Of a DNA stretch of 32,000 nucleotides, positions 19,038 to 28,261 are shown in pieces. A program made the translations under genes and the position numbers. How positions within the stretch are numbered: position 1 is the stretch's first letter; every line of letters begins with the position of its first letter. The DNA lies in NCBI RefSeq assembly GCF_000014265.1, contig NC_008312.1, positions 1,800,001-1,832,000 of the forward strand. Direction: 5' to 3'. Under the pieces are notes generated by a model. The model saw only the letters and a program-made list of their open reading frames with translations, was not told the DNA's origin and did not search any database. The DNA comes from Trichodesmium erythraeum IMS101. Lineage in GTDB: Bacteria; Cyanobacteriota; Cyanobacteriia; Cyanobacteriales; Microcoleaceae.

Positions 19038-20054
19038 TCAATCTTCATACCAACTAGACCGCCATGCTGACTCAGCTTCTATTACAGCTAGTTCTCGTTG
19101 CTTTTTACTATATTCTCGTTGCAGTTGACTAAGCTTTCCTAAAATATTACGAATTTTATTGCGCCAACCTGCAACATTAATATCAGTAAATTCTATTTCA
19201 GATAACCGTAGATTTATTGCTATAATTCGAGTAACTTTAGTATCATCATCTTCTTCCGAATCTTCTGCTTCTATTAACAAGTTTAATATATTAGGCTGCC
19301 CACTTGCAGTATTACTCCCTGATTCCATTTTTGTCGCAGCTTCTAAAAGTTTTTGTGGTATTTTTTTTTCCAGTATTTCTACTTCATAAAGTATACAGTT
19401 TGTCTGATAAGAAAGTTTTTTGAGGATTTCAAGTATTTGCTTTTCTATATTTTCTTGCCAATGTATCAATGTGTCAATATTATGCAATTTATCAATAATA
19501 TTTTCTGTGGAGATTTTGTTTTTTTCGACTTCAGTTTCATCAGTTTTTTCTTTGACTTCATTTCCTACTTCTTGATCCTGAGAATCTGTTGTAAGTTGGG
19601 AGGATATTTCAGTCATAAATAACTCAGAAGAATCAAGCTCTATAGCTTCTTCTTGTTTTTTTATTTTGAGTACCACTTCTTTTTTTTCTTTCTCTTCTTG
19701 ATAAAGAAGACTTATCATTAATTCTGCGGTAGAGGCATCATCCGAATTTTTTTGATTCTCTGGATATTTATTCAATAATTCTTGTAATTCTTGAGTTGCC
19801 AACTTAGATTTTTCTCGTAGCTCTTGCTGAATTTTTTGTCGCTGAGAAAATGATAACTTCAGAAATGCTTCTGGATATTCCTGAGTACATATATAATAAC
19901 TTGCAAAAACTAACTGTTGGCTCATACCTTGCCCCAAAACTTGTAAATAGCTTTGATATTTACTATAAAGTTCCTTGGCAGTATCAACGATCGCCACTTC
20001 AATTCTTTGCAATTCTTGCCCTATTGCTTTAATATCTCCCACTGTTTCCCACAA
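19038..20054 (-). CDS. Uncharacterised acidic coiled-coil protein (338 aa)
   Basis: This long ORF has a TTG start as tracked. Structured-looking N- and C-terminal segments (YQSYLQVLGQGMSQQLVFASYYICTQEYPEAF; RIIAINLRLSEIEFTDINVAGWRNKIRNILGKL...AESAWRSSWYED) flank a Glu/Lys/Asp-rich low-complexity core. I recognise no family. Confidence 0.55.
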   Translation of the reverse strand: MWETVGDIKAIGQELQRIEVAIVDTAKELYSKYQSYLQVLGQGMSQQLVFASYYICTQEYPEAFLKLSFSQRQKIQQELREKSKLATQELQELLNKYPENQKNSDDASTAELMISLLYQEEKEKKEVVLKIKKQEEAIELDSSELFMTEISSQLTTDSQDQEVGNEVKEKTDETEVEKNKISTENIIDKLHNIDTLIHWQENIEKQILEILKKLSYQTNCILYEVEILEKKIPQKLLEAATKMESGSNTASGQPNILNLLIEAEDSEEDDDTKVTRIIAINLRLSEIEFTDINVAGWRNKIRNILGKLSQLQREYSKKQRELAVIEAESAWRSSWYED

Positions 20055-20081
20055 TACCCAAATTATATTTATACATCAACG

Positions 20082-20127
20082 ATTAAAAATTAAAAATAAA
20101 CATAATTATCTATTTTTAATTTTTAAT
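20082..20127. repeat. Perfect 17-bp inverted repeat made only of A/T (ATTAAAAATTAAAAATA ... TATTTTTAATTTTTAAT) with a 12-nt loop
   Basis: Read directly. It lies between the tsf stop (20154) and the start of the 338-aa ORF (20054). It could be a tsf terminator-like hairpin or a protein-binding site. Any function is inference. Confidence 0.85.
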
Positions 20128-20153
20128 TGTTTTTATGAAATTTATTAAATTAA

Positions 20154-20813
20154 TTATTTCTTCCCAGTTTGTGCCGCAACTTCTTCAGCAAAATTACTTT
20201 CTTGTTTTTCCAAACCTTCTCCCAAAACAAACCTAATAAAACGACGTACTTGTACTTTTTCGCCTAATTGTGCACTAGTTTCCTTAATCAACTCTTCTAT
20301 TGTCTTATTTTGGTCTCGGATATAAGGTTGATCCATCAAAGTTAATTCTTTTAACCGCTTTCCTATTCGGCCTTGAACTATCTTTTCCCTAATATTTTCT
20401 GGCTTGTTACTCAGGTCTTCTCTACCCATTTCTATAGACTTTTCACTTTCTACAAACTCGGTTGGAATATCATCAACTGACACATATTCTACCTGTGGGC
20501 AAGCGGCTATTTGCATAGCAACATTCTTAACTAATTCTTTAAATGATTCATTCCGGGCAACAAAATCAGTTTGACAGTTTACTTCTACTAAAACACCTAT
20601 CCTACCACCTGTATGAATATAACTCTCAACCAACCCCTCTGTTGCTACTTTACCCTCAAGTTTTCCAGCAGAAGCAATACCTTTTTGTCTAAGCCAATCT
20701 GTAGCTTTATCAATATTGCCATCAGTTTCTTTCAGAGCTTTTTTACAGTCCATCATACCTGCGCCTGTTTTTTCGCGCAACTCTTTAACCAACTTTGCAG
20801 ATATTTCCGCCAT
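20154..20813 (-). CDS. tsf: Translation elongation factor Ts
   Basis: The N-terminal [20 protein letters not shown] signature is present, and the gene lies downstream of rpsB in the conserved rpsB-tsf arrangement. Confidence 0.95.
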   Translation of the reverse strand: MAEISAKLVKELREKTGAGMMDCKKALKETDGNIDKATDWLRQKGIASAGKLEGKVATEGLVESYIHTGGRIGVLVEVNCQTDFVARNESFKELVKNVAMQIAACPQVEYVSVDDIPTEFVESEKSIEMGREDLSNKPENIREKIVQGRIGKRLKELTLMDQPYIRDQNKTIEELIKETSAQLGEKVQVRRFIRFVLGEGLEKQESNFAEEVAAQTGKK

Positions 20814-20972
20814 CTTTTTTCCTTTCCTATTTTAGTTTTAATACAATATCATTTTAGGAAACAATCATACTTTAGCTTTATGACTTTAGGTAGGATATTT
20901 AGAAATAATTTACCCTTTGATTTATTCCTAAAAAATCCACCTAGAGACACTCAAAAATATTGCTTGAGTTGA

Positions 20973-21791
20973 TTATTCTTCTTCATTATTATCTTCCAAT
21001 GATTCCTCTTCATTGGCACTATCTAAATCTAAATCTCCTTCCGCACCTTCATAATCATCTTCATATTCTTCGTAATCTTCATAATAATCTTCATAGTCTG
21101 CTTCTAGTTGACCATGACGACCTTCATAGATAGCATCAGCCAATTTACCTACTATAAGTTTTATAGATCGAATAGCATCATCATTTGCTGGAATTGGAAT
21201 ATCTACTTGAGTAGGGTCACAATTAGTATCTAATAAAGAAACAATGGGAATATTTAACTTCTGACATTCCTGAACTGCATTATACTCTCGTCGCTGATCC
21301 ACCATAATTACTCCATCCGGTAGGCGACGCATATTTTTAATTCCACCCAGATATTTTTGTAGTTTAGCCATCTCACGACGAAGAACCGAGGCTTCTTTTT
21401 TTGGCAATAAATCTAGTGCCTTACTTTCCTCACGACGCTCAAGATCTTTCAATCTTTCTACACGAGTCTTAATAGTAGTCCAGTTGGTTAGCATTCCACC
21501 TAACCAACGTTGGTTAATATAATAACCTCCGCATCTAGTAGCTTCTTGAGCGATAATACCAGCAGCTTGACGCTTAGTACCAACAAATAAGAATTTTTTT
21601 CCTTGTTCTGAGGCCGTTCTAATATAATTGTAAGCCTCATCCATTAATTGAGCTGTTTGAACAAGGTCAATGATATGAACCCCATTACGCTCTGTAAAAA
21701 TATATTGGGACATCCTTGGGTTCCAACGACGGGTCTGATGTCCAAAGTGAACTCCTGACTCTAGCAATTGAGCCAAACTAACAACTGGCAT
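20973..21791 (-). CDS. rpsB: 30S ribosomal protein S2 with an acidic, Tyr-rich C-terminal extension
   Basis: The [13 protein letters not shown] and LFVGTKRQA motifs are present. The tail reads [41 protein letters not shown]. Confidence 0.95.
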   Translation of the reverse strand: MPVVSLAQLLESGVHFGHQTRRWNPRMSQYIFTERNGVHIIDLVQTAQLMDEAYNYIRTASEQGKKFLFVGTKRQAAGIIAQEATRCGGYYINQRWLGGMLTNWTTIKTRVERLKDLERREESKALDLLPKKEASVLRREMAKLQKYLGGIKNMRRLPDGVIMVDQRREYNAVQECQKLNIPIVSLLDTNCDPTQVDIPIPANDDAIRSIKLIVGKLADAIYEGRHGQLEADYEDYYEDYEEYEDDYEGAEGDLDLDSANEEESLEDNNEEE

Positions 21792-22340
21792 ATTCTATCT
21801 CCTATTCGGGTTAATCCTCCATCCAGATGTATTCCCACAGATTTTTTATCTCTAGAACACCCGATTACCTAGATGTGCGATTTTAGATAACTTTTGTAGT
21901 GTAGCATATAAAACCCTTAACCAGAACTATAAAATTAGGTAGGGAGATAGGGTGATTGAGAGATAAGGAAATGGTGAATATGGGAGTATTTTTTTACCTT
22001 TTTTCCTATTCTATTTCTGAATCTCGACTCCTGGGAGATATCTGGGGTGGTTTAAGTTCTCCTCTATTTATTGTCACCAGAGAAATATACGTCAGTCCTA
22101 TTAAAGAAAATAAAGTCTAGAGATTGGGTTTCCCAACCACTACAGTTTTTTCTTACGAATTGGTAATTTTTATTCCATAGGTATTGAAGTTATTATTCTA
22201 TAGATAATCCGTAAGTAAAAAAATGCTAATTTGATGAGGTTTGCAGACCACCTGAATAATTTGTAAATCTATAAAAAAAGGTATAATGGCATAGGCATGA
22301 ATCTAAACCACTTTCTATTTCTGAACTCCGGAAAATTTAT

Positions 22341-23200
22341 TTATACTTGATTAATAATCTTGTCTAATTCATTTTTGATTGTTCCATCATCCCTTAATTT
22401 TTTCATATCTAAACTAATTTTTTTAACTATTTTGATGCTGGAAAAACCTTCTAAGTTTTCGCACTGTGATATATGGTGATTGTGATTCTTATCCTTTACA
22501 CTTAAGTCTCCATATAATAAATAGTCAGTATCATTATTAATAATATTTTTTAAATTTTCATACTTATTATCTACTATTCCTCTAATTCCCTTTAAATTTG
22601 TCCTCGGTATGAAACTTATTACATTTGTTATATGACATAATGAACCAAATAATATTGCAGCATAACCACCTGATGATACACCCATAAATATTATTTTTTT
22701 ATAATCCCTTTTATTTATTTTATCCTTTAAATATTCTGTTGTTTCATCAATATTATTTGAGATACCTTCTATTCCTTTATGATACTAACATTGTTTTGCA
22801 TCAATATAAAACCTTAAATCACATTTATCTGCATAGATAGATAATAAATATCTTAAAAATTTAAATGGAAGAATACCTCCCATTAGTAAACTCATTCCAC
22901 CAAAGAATACTATTAATAATTTAGATACTTTAGACTTACATAATATTACTTTCTCATTTTCTTTGTAATTTACTAATGTTTTCTTAAATAAAGTAGAATT
23001 AGGATTAAGTTTAACAGCCTTGCTATAAGCTTTTATTGTTCATAATTTTGTTTTTGTTTGATGAGAGATTCACCCAAGTAAAAGTAATGCCAGCTAAATT
23101 GAGGATTAATTTCTATAGCTTTTTTAAAACAGGCGATCGCTTCTTCCAACCGGCACTCCTTATCAAGTTTTCTACCTTGTATAATATAGTTTATGCTCAT
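22341..23200 (-). pseudogene. Disrupted gene for a TPR-repeat plus alpha/beta-hydrolase-fold protein (one frameshift, one in-frame TAG)
   Basis: On the minus strand, ATG 23200 opens MSINYIIQGRKLDKECRLEEAIACFKKAIEINPQFSWHYFYLGESLIKQKQNYEQ*, which is TPR-like. The reading continues in another frame from about 23033 as KAYSKAVKLNPNS...FFGGMSLLMGG...DLRFYIDAKQC*YHKGIEG...IIFMGVSSGGYAAILFG. The TAG at 22787-22785 sits where a Trp codon (TGG) would fit. A G-x-S-x-G nucleophile elbow (GVSSG) is present. Confidence 0.6.
23133..23140. repeat. HIP1 palindrome GCGATCGC
   Basis: Exact octamer read in the sequence, inside the TPR part of the pseudogene. Confidence 0.95.
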
Positions 23201-23464
23201 AATTTTTTAGATAGATAATTGTTTTACTTTAGTAGATTATATTAGCTTGAAAACTTTTTATTTATCTATAAATTTGTATGTTTTACTAACTGCTGATAAA
23301 TACGTTCCACCAATCATTTCCAATTTTATCGGCAAGCCATACTAAATATAAACAAAACAATTTAGATATTATTTAATATTACCAAAAGGGATTCGATAAA
23401 GGATGCGATATGAGCTCTATTGAATAATACAACCTATTCAAGATTACTATCAATTATCCATTAA

Positions 23465-24130
23465 TTAAGGGTGTATTTGGCCTAAAATTATTTTTAAGCG
23501 ATCATAATCATCTCTAAGTAGAACACTCATATTTCTACCTGCTTGAACTAACCAATTACGATCCGCTTTTCTGAGTTGATAAATTTCTCGAATAGTAGCT
23601 GCAACCAAAGCATCAACAGGAGCATTACTTAACTGTAACAATGTCCGTAAAAAATCTAACTGATCACTAAACCTAATTATTTCTTTCGGTTCACATAAAT
23701 AGACTCCCTGATGAATTTGAGGTGGACGAGGTGGAATATACTGATAAATCCTACCATTTTCTGTTTGAGAACCATTCAAATTTTCTGGGGAAGAAAAACC
23801 GACTATTGCTGCTCGAAACTCTGTCTTTAACATAGCGAAAATTTGCGGTTGTTGCTCCCTTAATTCAGGTAGAGACATTCCTAAAGCTCTAGCTCTATGT
23901 ACAGAATCAACCGGCAAAGTAGTAGCATAATAAACTACCCCATAAATCATATTTTGTGATTGTTCATCTTGAGACTTTACCCAAGTACCAAAAGCAGGCA
24001 TCATAGGAAAATCTAATTCTTTTGGTTCTAAACATTGAGCTAAAAACTCTGTAGTTGCCGTTTCTATCACTTCAGCTATGTAATTATTTTGGTGATTTGT
24101 ATTAGCAAACTGGGGTAAAGGAAGACGCAT
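23465..24130 (-). CDS. Conserved-looking hypothetical protein (221 aa)
   Basis: This uninterrupted ORF has coding-like composition. The N-terminus (YIAEVIETATTEFLAQCLEP...PAFGTWVKS...IYGVVYYATT) is vaguely reminiscent of a small beta-barrel (HAS-barrel-like) domain, but I cannot support a family call. Confidence 0.55.
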   Translation of the reverse strand: MRLPLPQFANTNHQNNYIAEVIETATTEFLAQCLEPKELDFPMMPAFGTWVKSQDEQSQNMIYGVVYYATTLPVDSVHRARALGMSLPELREQQPQIFAMLKTEFRAAIVGFSSPENLNGSQTENGRIYQYIPPRPPQIHQGVYLCEPKEIIRFSDQLDFLRTLLQLSNAPVDALVAATIREIYQLRKADRNWLVQAGRNMSVLLRDDYDRLKIILGQIHP

Positions 24131-24136
24131 AAGTAT

Positions 24137-24164
24137 TATCAGTAATCAATTATCAGTTATCAGT
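24137..24164. repeat. Heptamer tandem repeat (TTATCAG)n, 4 units with one degenerate; STRR-like
   Basis: The sequence reads ttatcag taatcaa ttatcag ttatcag, directly 5' of the 23465..24130 gene. Heptameric short tandemly repeated repetitive (STRR) sequences are a known feature of heterocyst-forming cyanobacteria. Confidence 0.7.
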
Positions 24165-24404
24165 AAGCTGTTTGGCATATAGTTGGTAGGGACACCTTCA
24201 ATAAAACCCAAAGGTTTCATTTAACCACGACAGCTTACCTTCTGCTTAAGTAGGATACTTAAAATTAGGAATTTTCTTTTTTCTCCTCTAAAAAGGAAGA
24301 GTTTGAAGTCTTATTGATTAGTCATTAATTCAGTATAAATTATATTGATAATGAAACAAGATAGAAATAATTCCTAACTTCTGGCTTTGAACTACTAAAT
24401 ATCC

Positions 24405-24599
24405 TTATTTTTTCTTGCGGCCTGCCGTTGCATCTACGACCTCTAATTCCGATAATTTAAATGTTACTAATTTATCCCAATTTCCGCCTTCAAATAAAAC
24501 AGCAGCTTTACCGTCACTTACTCGTTGAACTTGTCCTTGAAAACCATAGTAAGTATCACCAAGATTTTTAACTTTAACCGCTACACCTGGTAAAATCAT
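24405..24599 (-). CDS. ndhS: NDH-1 complex subunit S (NdhS/CRR31-like ferredoxin-docking subunit)
   Basis: [55 protein letters not shown] closely matches the cyanobacterial NdhS sequence as I recall it. I place the start at ATG 24599, which has a GGAG about 9 nt upstream, rather than at the tracked TTG at 24617. Confidence 0.85.
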   Translation of the reverse strand: MILPGVAVKVKNLGDTYYGFQGQVQRVSDGKAAVLFEGGNWDKLVTFKLSELEVVDATAGRKKK

Positions 24600-24691
24600 T
24601 GTCTCTACTCCTATCAAAAATATTTGCTAAATTTTACAAAAGTGAAAGTTTTTTTTATTGTAGTTATTTATTTAGGTATTTATAAATTTTT

Positions 24692-25762
24692 TTATGCTAA
24701 AGCAGCAACAGAAACTCTAGCAGCAATGTTTTGAGCGATCGCTTGTAATTTTTGAGCAGATACAGAAGCGGGATCTCCCACTACAATAGGTATACCAGAA
24801 TCTCCCCCTTCTCTCACCGGCATTTCCAGAGGAACCCCACCAAGCATTGGCACTCCTAATTCTTGGGCTGTTTTTTCACCACCACCAGAGCCAAAAATAT
24901 CATACTTTTTATCTGGCATATCTGGAGGTACAAAATAACTCATATTTTCCACTATTCCCAAAACAGAAACACCTAACTGCTGAAACATTTTCAAACCCTT
25001 GCGCGAGTCAAGTAATGCTACAGTTTGAGGAGTAGTCACAATGACAACTCCAGACATAGGAACAGCTTGAGCTAATGTTAATTGGGCATCACCGGTACCA
25101 GGAGGCAAGTCTACCAATAAATAATCTAATTCACCCCATTGCACTTGGTATAAAAATTGTCGGATAATTCCATTCAACATAGGACCACGCCAAATCACTG
25201 GTTGATCCTTGTCAATTAGAAAAGCCATAGAAACCAACTTGACCCCATGATTAAAGGCCGGTTGTAGCACTTCCCCAGATTCTCCTTGTTGTACCATAAC
25301 CTGAGCATCTTCTAGACCCAACATAGTTGGATCATTAGGGCCATAAATATCAGCATCAATTAAACCCACCTTAGCACCCATTTGAGCTAATGCCACAGCT
25401 ACATTAACTGCCACTGTGCTTTTACCAACCCCACCTTTGCCACTAGAAATAGCAATAATATTTTTGACCCCACCAATACCTTGGCGATCTGGTAAAGTTT
25501 TTTGTTGAGGAGTCTCCGCAGTAACATCTACTATAACTTCCTTAACTCCAGGTAATTCCTTGACAGCTTTTTGGCACTCTTCTACAATAAATTCTCGTAA
25601 TGGACAAGCTGGAGTTGTCAAAACCAAAGTAAATTTGACTTGTCCATCTATAATGTTAACATTACGAATCATATTTAGTTCCACCAAACTCTTACGCAGT
25701 TCAGGGTCCTCTACTGGTCGCAATACATCTAAAATTGATTTAATATCAGGTATATTAGACAT
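24692..25762 (-). CDS. Mrp/NBP35-family Fe-S cluster carrier ATPase of the HCF101 type (N-terminal DUF59/MIP18 domain)
   Basis: A DUF59-like N-terminus (LVELNMIRNV...TTPACPLRE) and a deviant Walker A (SGKGGVGKST) are present. After ENMSYF the usual C-x-x-C is replaced by VPPDMPDKKYDIFGSGGG, as in the cyanobacterial/plastid HCF101 subgroup. It contains a HIP1 site. Confidence 0.9.
   Translation of the reverse strand: MSNIPDIKSILDVLRPVEDPELRKSLVELNMIRNVNIIDGQVKFTLVLTTPACPLREFIVEECQKAVKELPGVKEVIVDVTAETPQQKTLPDRQGIGGVKNIIAISSGKGGVGKSTVAVNVAVALAQMGAKVGLIDADIYGPNDPTMLGLEDAQVMVQQGESGEVLQPAFNHGVKLVSMAFLIDKDQPVIWRGPMLNGIIRQFLYQVQWGELDYLLVDLPPGTGDAQLTLAQAVPMSGVVIVTTPQTVALLDSRKGLKMFQQLGVSVLGIVENMSYFVPPDMPDKKYDIFGSGGGEKTAQELGVPMLGGVPLEMPVREGGDSGIPIVVGDPASVSAQKLQAIAQNIAARVSVAALA
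24735..24742. repeat. HIP1 palindrome GCGATCGC
   Basis: Exact octamer read in the sequence. Confidence 0.95.
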
Positions 25763-25970
25763 TTTTATTATTTTCCTCTAAAATTTTAAGACCTTTCCAT
25801 AAAAGCAAGGGATTATTACTAATCATTAATAGCTCTTGATACCTTACTGTATTGCATATAAAAGTGTCAGGATGTAAAAACAAATATATTGTATCGTCCT
25901 GCTGAGTGACCTAGGCCCGTCCCCAGTTTCTAGAATAAATCGTTGTTTTTAACACTAGATATATATCTGG

Positions 25971-25997
25971 GAAAAAACAGGGTTTTTGGGAAAACCC
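25971..25997 (-). terminator. Candidate rho-independent terminator read on the minus strand (GGGTTTT-CCCA-AAAACCC followed by TGTTTTTTC)
   Basis: A 7-bp stem with a 4-nt loop is followed immediately by a T6 run on the minus strand. No annotated minus-strand gene lies upstream of it, because hemF on the right is on the plus strand. It would therefore have to end an unannotated short transcript or one antisense to the hemF leader. Confidence 0.35.
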
Positions 25998-26158
25998 GAC
26001 TTAAGTCTCGCTCTACACACTGTTTTTTATGTAAGTACAATGTACTCGAAAAAAGCCGATATAATCTGAAAATTGTAACTAGATGATTTAGGACATGGTA
26101 AGATAAAAAGTATGGAAAAGATTTAATTTTTAGCCAACTTCAAATATAGATTATAGTT

Positions 26159-27190
26159 ATGGTAGTTTCGAGTAAGGACCAAGAAATATCTTTATCTGTA
26201 CCAGCGAGTGACACAAAAGAACGAGTCAGTCAATTTATGCAGACTCTACAAGATGAAATTTGCCAAGGACTAGAAGAATTAGATGGAGTTAGTAAGTTCA
26301 AGGAAGACTCTTGGAAACGTCCAGGTGGCGGCGGAGGAAAGTCTCGTGTAATAAGAGACGGTGGAGTTTTTGAACAAGGGGGAGTTAATTTTTCAGAAGT
26401 ATGGGGAGATAAATTACCTCCAAGTGTACTGAAGCAAAGACCAGAAGCGGCAGGTAATAGTTTCTATGCCACAGGAACCTCTATGGTGCTGCACCCTAAA
26501 AATCCTTATGTACCAACAGTACATCTTAACTATCGTTATTTTGAAGCTGGATCTGTATGGTGGTTTGGTGGTGGTGTAGATTTAACACCTTACTATCCTT
26601 ATGCCGAAGACGCAGCGCACTTTCATCAAACGATTAAGGCAGCCTGTGACAAAAGCCATAAAGAGTATTATCCTATATTTAAAAGATGGTGTGATGAATA
26701 TTTTTACTTAAAGCATCGTCAAGAAACGCGGGGTGTAGGAGGTATCTTTTTTGATTATCAAGATGGTCAAGGAGAATTATACAAAGGGCCTGATAATCAA
26801 GGACCAGCAGCAACCTATAGTAAGGATTTAGGAATTCTTGAATCTCGTAGTTGGGAATCTTTATTTACATTTGTACAAAATTGTGGTGTATCATTTTTAC
26901 CAGCATACAAGATAATAGTAGAGAGACGGCAACCCATGAAATATGGTGACCGGGAACGCAACTTTCAGCTATACCGACGTGGCCGTTATGTTGAATTTAA
27001 TTTAGTATATGATAGGGGTACAATTTTTGGTTTGCAAACCAATGGTCGTACAGAATCAATCTTGATGTCTTTACCACCTTTAGTTCGTTGGGAGTATGGT
27101 TACAACCCAGAACCCAACACACCAGAAGCTGAACTATATGAAGTATTCTTAAAACCTCATGACTGGGCTGACTGGAAACCAAATCATTAG
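26159..27190 (+). CDS. hemF: Oxygen-dependent coproporphyrinogen III oxidase
   Basis: Motifs [48 protein letters not shown] and [35 protein letters not shown] are diagnostic HemF signatures. Confidence 0.95.
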   Translation: MVVSSKDQEISLSVPASDTKERVSQFMQTLQDEICQGLEELDGVSKFKEDSWKRPGGGGGKSRVIRDGGVFEQGGVNFSEVWGDKLPPSVLKQRPEAAGNSFYATGTSMVLHPKNPYVPTVHLNYRYFEAGSVWWFGGGVDLTPYYPYAEDAAHFHQTIKAACDKSHKEYYPIFKRWCDEYFYLKHRQETRGVGGIFFDYQDGQGELYKGPDNQGPAATYSKDLGILESRSWESLFTFVQNCGVSFLPAYKIIVERRQPMKYGDRERNFQLYRRGRYVEFNLVYDRGTIFGLQTNGRTESILMSLPPLVRWEYGYNPEPNTPEAELYEVFLKPHDWADWKPNH

Positions 27191-27258
27191 TTGTTCTGAG
27201 TTAAACTACATTTAGATGGGCAACCACCACAAGTAATATCATCCTGAGGGAAGGGTCA

Positions 27259-27642
27259 GTGATTCAGATTGAGCAAAAAACCCACACAAATAAGGACGAG
27301 GACAAAACAGTAATCGTCTTATCACCTAAAGGACGCTTGGATATAACAACAGCTTGGCAGTTTCGCCTTAAGTTGCAAGAATGTATCTCAAAACTAAGTC
27401 CTCATGTAGTGGTCAATTTAGGTGAGGTTAACTTTATTGATAGTTCTGGATTGACATCTCTGGTAGCAGGGATGCGAGATGCTGACAAAGGTAAGGGTAG
27501 CTTCCGTATTTGTAACGTTCATCCAGAAGCAAAACTGGTATTCGAGGTGACCATGATGGATTCTGTGTTTGAGATTTTTGAGACAGAAGATGAAGCTCTT
27601 AATTCTGATGATGTCCGTAACCAGGAAGGGAACAGAGCTTAA
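27259..27642 (+). CDS. STAS-domain anti-sigma-factor antagonist (SpoIIAA-like)
   Basis: The start is GTG, preceded by a GAGGGAAGGG purine tract. The motif VVVNLGEVNFIDSSGLTSLVAG includes the conserved phosphorylatable Ser context (DSSG). Confidence 0.8.
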   Translation: MIQIEQKTHTNKDEDKTVIVLSPKGRLDITTAWQFRLKLQECISKLSPHVVVNLGEVNFIDSSGLTSLVAGMRDADKGKGSFRICNVHPEAKLVFEVTMMDSVFEIFETEDEALNSDDVRNQEGNRA

Positions 27643-28261
27643 AAATTCTGAGGCAGAACTAATCAATTTGATGCTCGAAATAATACATTGATAGTTAAAG
27701 TAATATCTAATCAAGAGGTGTTATTTTATTTATATCTATGGTTCTATTCAGAAAATTTATTGATGGAAATCAATGTAACTCTAGTAGCGTAGATTTGTAC
27801 TTTGGTGAAATACTTATTTGAGTTGGATGAAGCTTTAAATTATGAATTTAAAGTCCTTTTAAATGGCTACTAACTATAAGGTAGTGACCATTTTTAGCCA
27901 ATTATAAAATTTGTTCTTAACCAAAGCTACAATTTTTGATTAATTTTTATAGCTTTAAGAATTCCCAATAAGGTTACAAGACCTATTGAGGGAATCATAA
28001 AACTAGCTTTAAGCAAGCAGCACCATGAAATATCAAGCCTCCAAAAAGCTACTGTTGCAGTAGAAAGGAATTCCTATTTATGACTCCTTATTATGAGCTA
28101 TCTCTTTCTGAGGATCCTTTCTAACCCTAACAGGCAGGAGTTGATGTCAAATAGCAAAACCCACTCTGCTTTTCTAACTACTACTACTATAAACTTCAAA
28201 GGTTTTGTAGTAGATAAGAATATCAATATTCAGAGATGGGATTATAGAATTAGAACACCAG

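Noticed and set aside
21792-21900. Structured rpsB leader (6-bp long-range pairing TCGGGT/ACCCGA enclosing about 45 nt upstream of the start codon)
   Set aside because: It is a single short helix with no covariation evidence available. The known S2 leader structures I am aware of come from other phyla.
22009-22325. 13-bp direct repeat TTCTATTTCTGAA at 22009-22021 and 22313-22325, as a possible target-site duplication or MITE boundary
   Set aside because: AT-rich 13-mers recur by chance many times in a window this size. The 290 bp between the copies shows no terminal inverted repeats or other element features.
23036-23218. 60-aa plus-strand ORF
   Set aside because: The opposite strand here encodes a convincing TPR-like peptide belonging to the disrupted gene, so the plus-strand ORF is antisense noise.
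26000-26030. Yfr1-like sRNA motif (tcgctctacacac versus the ACUCCUCACAC core)
   Set aside because: The resemblance is only partial. On the plus strand the flanking stem-loop and terminator arrangement expected for Yfr1 is missing, because the T-run is about 25 nt from the hairpin.
27961-27995. Imperfect palindrome ATTCCCAATAAGGT-tacaag-ACCTATTGAGGGAAT in the STAS/thf1 spacer
   Set aside because: It needs two bulges and has no adjacent U-run or gene end that would make it a terminator. It is noted but there is no basis for a functional call.
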